The notes below the pieces were generated by a model. It had not been told where the DNA came from, did no database searches, and was given only the letters and a program-made list of their open reading frames with translations. Shown here one piece after another: positions 55,802 to 64,000 of a stretch of DNA of 64,000 nucleotides. The DNA is from Paraspadella gotoi (lineage: Eukaryota > Animalia > Chaetognatha): assembly GCA_051294375.1 (NCBI GenBank), contig CM119267.1, positions 20,709,476-20,773,475 on the forward strand. Direction: 5' to 3'. Position 1 is the first letter of the stretch; every line of letters starts with the position of its first letter. A program made the translations under genes and the position numbers.

Positions 55802-55985
55802 GAGAGTGAGAGAAAGAAAAAAAAGGGAGACTCTCGTGAGAGAAGAAAGGACCCTTTAAATATAGTAACTTATGAGCAATATTGATAAAAATTAATGAAG
55901 TTAAACAGCAAATAAAAGCATCAAGAAGCTATACATCTAAAAATAACAAATCGCATTCAAGAGAAAATAGACTCAGCTAATCCAC

Positions 55986-56021
<36 letters not shown>

Positions 56022-56104
56022 TCTCTCTCTCTCTCTCTCGACAGTAAATTAATAATCACCCAAAATGTCACACAAAAGAAAAAAAAAAGCGGAAGGGAAT
56101 AATA

Positions 56105-56265
56105 AATGGAGGCGGCGGGTTTTTCTGGTCTCCGCCATCGCAGCCGCGGGCGTCACGGGCCAAAAGACCCCAAGAGGGGCGGGGCGTGAAAAACGCCGGG
56201 CTGGTTTGGTCGCTTGGTTTGGTTGGTTTGGATGTGATTGGTAGTTTATAATAAGCGGAAGTAAC
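56105..56265 (-). promoter_or_regulatory. Candidate promoter (GC box, CCAAT, ETS)
   Basis: GC-rich patch with GGGGCGGGGC 56176-56185, ATTGG 56237-56241 and CGGAAGT 56256-56262; GCGATGGCG on - at 56138. Confidence 0.3.
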
Positions 56266-56491
56266 GTTTGTTTTAAAAAATTTGACTTGAAAATCTGGCT
56301 GCGCGGCAAAGAGCGAAAGTTGTTTACTGCCGAATCCAAATCTGAATTAATTTGATTTTTTTTTCTCAACGTACGTATATAAGGGTTGCAAAATTTAAAA
56401 AAAAAAATCATTTCTTCATTTTTCGCTATATAATGATTTAGATTCAAACCGATTTAGAATGTTATGACGACAAAATTCGTAATGATAAAAG

Positions 56492-56540
56492 TGTAATGAC
56501 TGTAATGACAAAACTGTAATGACTGTAATGACAAAACTGC
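56492..56540. repeat. 23-bp tandem repeat (TGTAATGACTGTAATGACAAAAC)x2
   Basis: Read directly from the sequence. Confidence 0.75.
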
Positions 56541-58203
56541 TTCGTTTAGGTGTTACAGTTATGATTTAATTTAGTACTGAATTATTTATGATATAAAAAC
56601 AGTAGCTTAAGTGAGAAGCGGAAGACTTTGTATTGTGAGAAGCGTAGAAGAATAAAAAGAGGATGATGGGGTCTCACTTGGTCAATGGTCAATTGGTCAT
56701 TCTTGCTCTTTGAAATAGGTCGTTGTGCTCTTGGCCACCAAAATCCATTTCCGCTTATTGTCTTTTTTGCAGATTGTGTTTATGAGGGCCAGTGTATCGG
56801 CCTGTTTATCCGTTGGTTTTTGTTTGTTTTCGTACAATAGAGTAAGAAAAAAAATTATGACAGAATCATTCATTTGTATTTAGCATTTAATCTTCAAAAT
56901 TAACCATAAATTCAACTCAATCTTTTTGCTAATTAAATTCTCCCTCAACATTAAAACTTAGTCATTCAACCGCAGAACTCGGCGATCACCATCTTTAGCC
57001 CAAGTTAATAAAACTTCATCCCTTTTCACTCGAATTCGCTCAACTTCTCACGAATTCACGGAATCACAGATTCAGAGAAATCCCCATCTGGTTTTCTTCT
57101 CGATTCAATCGAGCGTCACAAAAATCTTCCCTTCGACTCCATTTCACTTTTTTTTTTGCAAAATCTCGGCGCGGATATTTTTAACTTTCTCGGTGCAGAC
57201 AATGGGACGAATTTCCATCTCTAACGAAACGGCGCTCTTTTTAGAAACGACGCGGCGCCTGATTATCAATAAGTTTCAATCAACATAGTAATCAATACGG
57301 AAAAGCCGCCATTTTGGAATCCGTCGATGGCATCGTACGAACAGGAGGCGAAATCGGTGCCATCTCCAAATGGAAAAGGCTCGAACCAAAAGAGGAATAC
57401 GACGAAAACCGGCGCCATCGCCTAAACTCCTCGTCGCTTCGTCGCGCGCGCCGTTTTTCCGGTCGATTTTCTCGGCGACCACTTCATTTCCTGACCGGAA
57501 TCGTCGTCGTCGTTTTCGTCGTCGTCGTCGTCGTCGTCGGAAACCCGTAACGGTCGTCAGCGGAATCTGGTCGTAAAACGTTCCGGCGGCGATCGAAGCT
57601 TTAAACGTCCCCGCCGATTGGCCTCGGTCCCCCGGATGCAATAAAGAACGGCGGGAAAACTACGTTGTACTTTTCCGTATGTAATAAGGATTATAAAGCT
57701 GCGACGAATATCCTCGGGCTGAATGTAATTGGAACGAGTTATTAATGTTTTAATAATTTATTTTATAGTGTAGTGACCGTTTGCGAGAGGTTAGACTGGA
57801 CGCTTGCAGTTATTTTTAGCTCAAGCTTTAAAAAAAAAGGATTTTTATCTAATCAATATGTACGCTTTCCCTGGAGAATACTAATAAATTACTATCAAAA
57901 CGGAAAAAAAAAATATACCTTCCTGGACAGTGGCCAATGCCATGTCATGACATGCCAAGGTAAATAAGAAAACCTAATTTAATATAAAACGTTTTGAAGA
58001 ACAACATATCGTTTCAGAAATTATCAACGTCCGCGCAAGTTTTTCTTTTCCGACTAGAATTCCAGTACATGACCTCCGTCAGAATACCAGACAACCCCGT
58101 ATGTAATTGAGAAAAACGGGGGCCGCTTTGGCCCCAAAAGAAAAAAAAGAAAAGAAAAAAAGAAAAGAAAAAAAGAAAAGCTTCTCTCCGCTTTCCAGTT
58201 TCC

Positions 58204-58268
<65 letters not shown>

Positions 58269-58272
58269 AGAG

Positions 58273-58303
<31 letters not shown>

Positions 58304-58314
58304 CTTTCCGGGAC

Positions 58315-58390
58315 TGACCCTCCAAGAAGGAGGATGACCTCAGGGTGACCTTTGATGACCTCTGAGGTCAGGCCATTTGCCGCCTTTGAT
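58315..58390. promoter_or_regulatory. Candidate enhancer: clustered nuclear-receptor half-sites (DR5, DR4, ER3) plus two TCF/LEF motifs
   Basis: TGACCT at 58335, 58346 and 58356; AGGTCA at 58365; TGACCC at 58315; CTTTGAT at 58350 and 58384. Confidence 0.4.
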
Positions 58391-59221
58391 TCGTCGCTCA
58401 ATCCCTCCTTTTCTTTTCGCGGTTGAGGTGAGGAACAGAAGCGCGCGATGGGTGAGGAAAGTGTGGGGGGGGTAGGGGGGGTAGGGGAGCTAAGACGAAG
58501 AGGATTTAAAGTTTGTATGTATATATATTCAAAGAGTTTAAAACTATTGTTCCTTTTCATTTTTTAATCACGGTGTTTAAGCTGCCTCGGCTTAATAGTT
58601 ATCGAAGACAGTCTTCGATAATGTAAATGTTTATTTACATTAAAAATATAAGCGAAGAGGAATTATAAACAGTTCAGTTGTTTATAAACGAACAACGTGT
58701 AAAACGAAATATTAAAAACTAAAAACCTATCGTGAAAACGTTCAACGTCGTTATCTTATCTTATCTTATTTCCAAGGCAAACAATACAGATAGCCTCGGC
58801 CAACCCTTTTCTTCTTCTTCTAATTAATCGTCGACGCGACTCTCGATCGCGAAATAGGGAAACTTGAGACCAAGATATCGAATTCTTGGTCGTCGGACGT
58901 GGAGCCGTTCTGTCCCTACGGCGACACTCGCGTTGCACACCATGCAAAGATTCGATTGGGATGAATAAAAAAAAAGATTAATCAACTTAAAAAAAAAAAA
59001 AAAAAATTAAGATACTATATTCTTCGTCGAGAAGAAATAATCATTCTTTACAGCTATAACAATAATAATAACGATGATATTAACAATAACGTCACGACTC
59101 CGTATAGAATCTCGCCGTCGAAAAATGAGAAAAGACATAAAAGAAAACATTAATCTCGAAATACGAAACAAACAAAAAAAATTTCATTTCGCGAAATTCA
59201 GAACCCGTATGTTCTAAGACT

Positions 59222-59328
59222 CGGATGTAATTCTCTGCGAAGATTGGGAGACCCGGATGTAATTCTTTGCTAAAGTCATTATATCCGGATGTAATTCTCT
59301 GCGATTGTTTGGAAGCCCGGATGTAACT
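59222..59328. repeat. 32-bp-period minisatellite with a conserved CGGATGTAA(TTCTYTGC) core and variable remainder
   Basis: Core starts at 59222, 59254, 59286 and 59318. Confidence 0.8.
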
Positions 59329-59365
59329 ATTATTAAACCTGGCAAGGTTGCTGTAATTTCAAAGA

Positions 59366-59400
<35 letters not shown>

Positions 59401-61035
59401 CCCCCCTTCCACGTCTCGCCCTTTCTCTCCGTCTCTCTTGTTCTCTTATTGAAATTTAATTTGCCGAGTCCACAGAAATTTAAAAAAAAAAACAAAAAAA
59501 AAACAAAGCCAGTCCGTCCGTCCCCTTGAGAGTCTCTCAGGGCGGAATCAGGAGACAAATTACGAATATATAAAGCGAGAAAAACAAAAAAAAAAAGACA
59601 AGTACGACCTACAACGGAAGTATATTTTGTATTTGTATTTGTTTCCCCTTCTCGTTGGCTGACTTTGGACACAGAAATCAATTTCATTCGGCGACGGGGA
59701 ACGAAGTTTCAATGTTTGTTTAATATAATTATAATATAATATATAATTCGAGAAAATAATGAGTTTAAATTCAACTCAACTCAACTTTCCCTCCCGCGAC
59801 GTTCGAAATATAAAAATGACCAAGATACTAAATTTCTCCCGTTTTCCCCACCTTTTCTGGGCGACTGAATCGGCTTTGAAACTTCTACAAATAATTCTGG
59901 CCGGCCTCCATCGCGATATCATAGGCCGGTGACAAGCGGACGTCGAACTTTTCTTTCCCGTTTCCGCGCGGACATCATAAAAAGAAAAGAAGCAAATAAA
60001 AGAAACGCGGACTTGTAGAATTCAAAAGAGAGAATGAGAATCGCGTAACTTTTGTCCCCAAAAAAAAAGTCGAACTAAAATAAAATAACGAGTAAAACAC
60101 TAATGACGTTGGGAGATTGTTCACTCTCACGCCAGCGGAGACGATCTTAAAAACGTCGCCCGCTCGAATCGCTTAACCTAGTCATCTTGAAGAATAAGAA
60201 TTTTATAGTTTTTATTCTCAAAAAATATCCATATGAATCCCGTAAACCGCTATTTTCGAAGCAGGAACGACGTTATTTAATGAGTCGAAAACCAGGACTA
60301 AAAATTCGTCTCTTCTCTCTCAAGATTTAGATAAAAAAATCATTTAAAATAAGACGAGTGAAAATTGGCTGAGCGGGACACAGATAGTTTAATTAAGCGA
60401 AAGAGGAAGATAGATAAAGGGAAAATTATAGGCAGGCAAGGCGTACTATTTTCTTTAAACGTCGCGGGCAATAACGATAAAGATTTTTAGAGTTGTGTTT
60501 AAGTCAATAGCCAAGAGAAATAAGACTTTATCTGAGATGCAACAACCATTGACTATTGCACGCCTTTTCTTTCTGTTGTTCAATTTTTGCTCCATCGTAA
60601 GGACTTGAACTCTCTAAACCTGACAAATATTGTCACACATTCAGTGTCACTATCACACGTCGTCTTTTCACTCACCGCTCTATCCCTGTCACTGCGGCTC
60701 CTTAATCACACCCTATGCTAACTTGGCCGACCGTCAGGAGAAATTACGGACCGGAAATGAGCAAAGAGAGAGAGAGAGAGAGACTCACCGGGGGGACATA
60801 ATGGGCGACGGTGGAGGCGGGGGGGCGTTGCCTGGAAAGGCCTCTCGGAATGCTTAGTGGGACGAGCGAAGCAATTGGGTTAAATGGGAATCGAATCAAA
60901 AGGAAAGAAGATTCAAGGTGAGATAATTTGGAGGCGAAAAAGTGTTGATTAATGTTGGAAAATGTTTATTAATGTGGATAGTTACATAATTATGAATTTG
61001 ACACTATATGAATTCGGAAAATTTTTATGAAGTAT

Positions 61036-61105
<70 letters not shown>

Positions 61106-62078
61106 CTCTCGGGACCTATAATCGGGCGAAGACACTGCAGAAAAAAAAGATATTATCGACAAAAAGTAATTTTTAAAATGGGAAAAATAAGCAAAACAAA
61201 TAGAAAATGAAAATGGCATTCCTGGTTCCAGTAATAACGCTGTAGGAGCAGGAGCCGTTGTAACACATTGACGAAACTTTAAAAAAAGATTTTGTGAAAA
61301 CGACTACGACCGAGTTATACAAAGGTAGACGGAAAGATAGATTAAAACTTAGATAGACAAATATATTTCAGATAGATAAATGGATATATAGATACACGGA
61401 TGGATAAAATATATAAATTCATGCAGAGTAAGATAGATTATTTAATCAATCCTAAAAAAAATAATTTAAATTTAACTGATCAAATAAGTCAAATATAAAT
61501 ATAAACGAAAAAATAAATACAAATAAATATAAATATATCGTGAAGACTCTTCCGTGTTTAAAAATAGGAAAATGGATAAAGACGAAAAACCAATAAGGCG
61601 AATAAATATTTTCTTTTATTCTTTTCAGAAAGAAAAAAAAAAGAAAGACGTTGGTGAAAATGGTGCATAGAAAAAAAAAGGAAAGAAAGGCGAGATCAGA
61701 GAAAGAGAGAGAGAGAGAGAGACAGAGAGAGAGAGAGAGTAAAGAGAAGCGAACAGAAGCGGAAGTCAGGGAGGAAGAGGGAATATGGAGTTATATCCGA
61801 TATCCTTAAAGGAAATTAGACTTGGTGAAGAAAGTTTTCTCGTTTTCGTCGTCGTCGTCGTCGTCGTCGTGTCATGGCCCGAAACTGAAACGATCTTTCT
61901 TCTCTCTTTATTCATCTCATTTAGTGAGCTTGGGATTAATAAGTCGAATTTTTGGAATCAGTAAGGAGTAAAGTGCCAAATGTTCTGTTTGTACAATTGA
62001 AACATTCTTTGAAAAATTATACCACTTCATTGATAGGAAAGCCAGGTCCTCTGGGAGTAAATAATCGAGACCGTAAGG

Positions 62079-62204
62079 GTCTTGATTGAGAGCTAGGTCA
62101 TTATCTAAGAGTGTAAGAGTGATGAAGGCCTTAAGGCTTAAACCACCATAGCCTCACCAGTTTATTAAATGAATGGATACTTTTATATTGGTTTTACCAA
62201 TTTC
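62079..62204. mobile_element. Degraded right half of the same MITE family
   Basis: GTCTTGATTGA...GTAAGAGTGATGAAGGCCTTAA...AAACCACCA...TTTATTAAATGAATGGATA...TATATTGGTTTTACCAATTTCA. Confidence 0.72.
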
Positions 62205-63129
62205 AAAATCTTAATTCTATCTTCTTTTTAATCTGTCATAACCGATTGCTCGTGGTCAACTTTGGACAGTATCTTGGCATTTTTAACCCCTAAGCTTCAT
62301 CACCACCATCATCCTCTTTAACCCCTCAACCCCGTCACCCTCGATGGCGCCTTTACATCTCCACCTTCGCCGGCGCCATATTTCTCCTCAAAAGGCGCCT
62401 CGAATCCGGCGCTAATTGGACGGAAGGATAGGCGCCGGCGCCGACGTTGAGTGGGCGATGACTGAATTTCGATATCTTTCTAAAAGTTAGGGGGGTGTTG
62501 GTATTAATCTCCGGAGCACTCTCGACAGGATAACTGTTCCAATTAATTCAAATTTTGTAGAAAAATTAGTCTTCATACATTCCAAAACTTAACATCAGTC
62601 GGAATAGTTTTTCAGTTGTTTTCTTTCCACGTTCTTTTTGGTCCCGGTTCTTGGCGCAATATCGCAGCTATCTATTATATAACTTATATTTATTTTATTA
62701 CTGAACTCAGTACATAACACTTTTACTCTCTCTTTCTGTCTTCATTGTCCACTGGACAAAGCCGAGAGGCCAGAGATTACTCCGGGGCCCCTAAGATAAA
62801 AATCAAAAAAGGCCAAAGCGAAATTTAACAACCAAATCTAAACAACAACAATCACACTTCGGACAATCAATTGCAGTCTGAGACCTAAGAATCGAAATTT
62901 CTGAAAGAAAAGAAATTCTGATCCAAAAAAGGAGATTCACCCTCTGAAACCTAAATCGAATTAGATTATTCCGAGAAGCGCTATACGTTGCTCTCTCTTT
63001 AATATTCTTTAATATCTTTTAATATCGGATCAAAGATGGCGGAATGGGAGTGAGAGAAAAAAAAAGTGTTAAAAAAATGATGGATAAAAAAGAAAAGAAA
63101 AATGGAGGAAGTTTCTCATCCTGGAGGTC

Positions 63130-63187
<58 letters not shown>

Positions 63188-64000
63188 TCGAGCTTTTTAA
63201 AAGCTTTCCCCCTGGGACCTGTGGATATGTAGACAGGGGAAAGGGAAAGCGGAGAACGATGGAGAGCGTCGACGCTTTTAAAAAAAAAATTACGGACAGA
63301 CCGAAAGACTGACAGAGGGGGGCTCGGGCAATAGGAGAGGCGCTAAAAACCTAAACGTAGTGTCAAAATATAATGAGGTAAAAAAAAAAGGATGGATGAA
63401 TGTTATTAATTAGATTTTCGTTTGAAATAAAGATTGACACTTGAAACGAAATGTCAGATTTTTGGAGCGGATATAATAGGAGAGAAAAAGAAAGAGGGAA
63501 AAAGAAAGGAATACGAGATGAGAGGAAGGAAAGAATTGAAAAGAGATAAAGAAGAAGAGAAAATCCGAGGCATCGAAATGGATTTGCGGGGGAATATCTC
63601 GGGGAGGGAAAAAAGGAGGGGAAAAAAAATTAGAAAAGGCAGAACGAAATGATATCGAAACGATACGGTTTTTTTTTTAAAGATGAAATAAGCTAAAAAC
63701 GGGGCTCTCTTTTCCCAGAGCGCCCAATTTCGGTTTTTTTTTTCGTGCCTTTTTTAATCTTAACCATAATATTTAGCTTAAAAATCTAACCATAGTCCCT
63801 TACCATTCACCACTGGTGAATCTCACCACTCAACCACGTAACCGTTTACCTACTGTTGAGCGTTACAAACGCTAATTCTGTAATTATTTGTTATTGTTGT
63901 TATTGTTATATTTCCTTGGTTATGATTTTTACTTTATTTGTTTGCCATGGTTTTTGAACCATTACATGTAAATATTTGATCGCGAAAACGTCTTCTTATT

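Noticed and set aside
57276-57641. GC-rich ORFs on both strands
   Set aside because: Openness is explained largely by a (CGT)n run; no clear splice sites or motifs
59222-59328. CRISPR interpretation of the 32-bp array
   Set aside because: Eukaryotic context, core of 17 bp or less, ~15-bp spacers that are partly related to each other, and no cas genes

Overview
This window is not prokaryotic. It is AT-rich, intron-containing eukaryotic DNA, most likely from an animal draft assembly. It is dense in (AG/CT)n and (CGA/TCG)n microsatellites and has many N gaps. Two spliced genes can be reconstructed with good support. (1) An AQP8-like aquaporin on + (5814-10168, six visible exons) whose two NPA boxes are altered: the first aligns as VST and the second is NPS. 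It also has a long acidic/Pro-rich tail. (2) A two-exon XK-related (XKR) membrane protein on - (50159-51970). Its intron carries an intact TA-flanked MITE with ~101-bp terminal inverted repeats, and degraded copies of this element are scattered through the window. Weaker evidence points to a frameshifted GT61-like glycosyltransferase (~29.4-30.1 kb, -) and an unidentified spliced gene (~35-38.3 kb, -). Much of 21.7-48 kb consists of indel-rich direct and inverted copies of neighbouring sequence, several next to gaps of exactly 25 N. This is most simply explained by long-read gap-filling artefacts. Notable non-coding signals are a 32-bp-period ETS/TAAT motif array, a dense nuclear-receptor half-site/TCF cluster, a CLEAR/CRE palindrome and an interstitial telomere-like tract. 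I saw no rRNA, tRNA or CRISPR array. Most ORFs in the supplied track are microsatellite or gap artefacts. All family assignments come from motif recognition by eye, not database searches.
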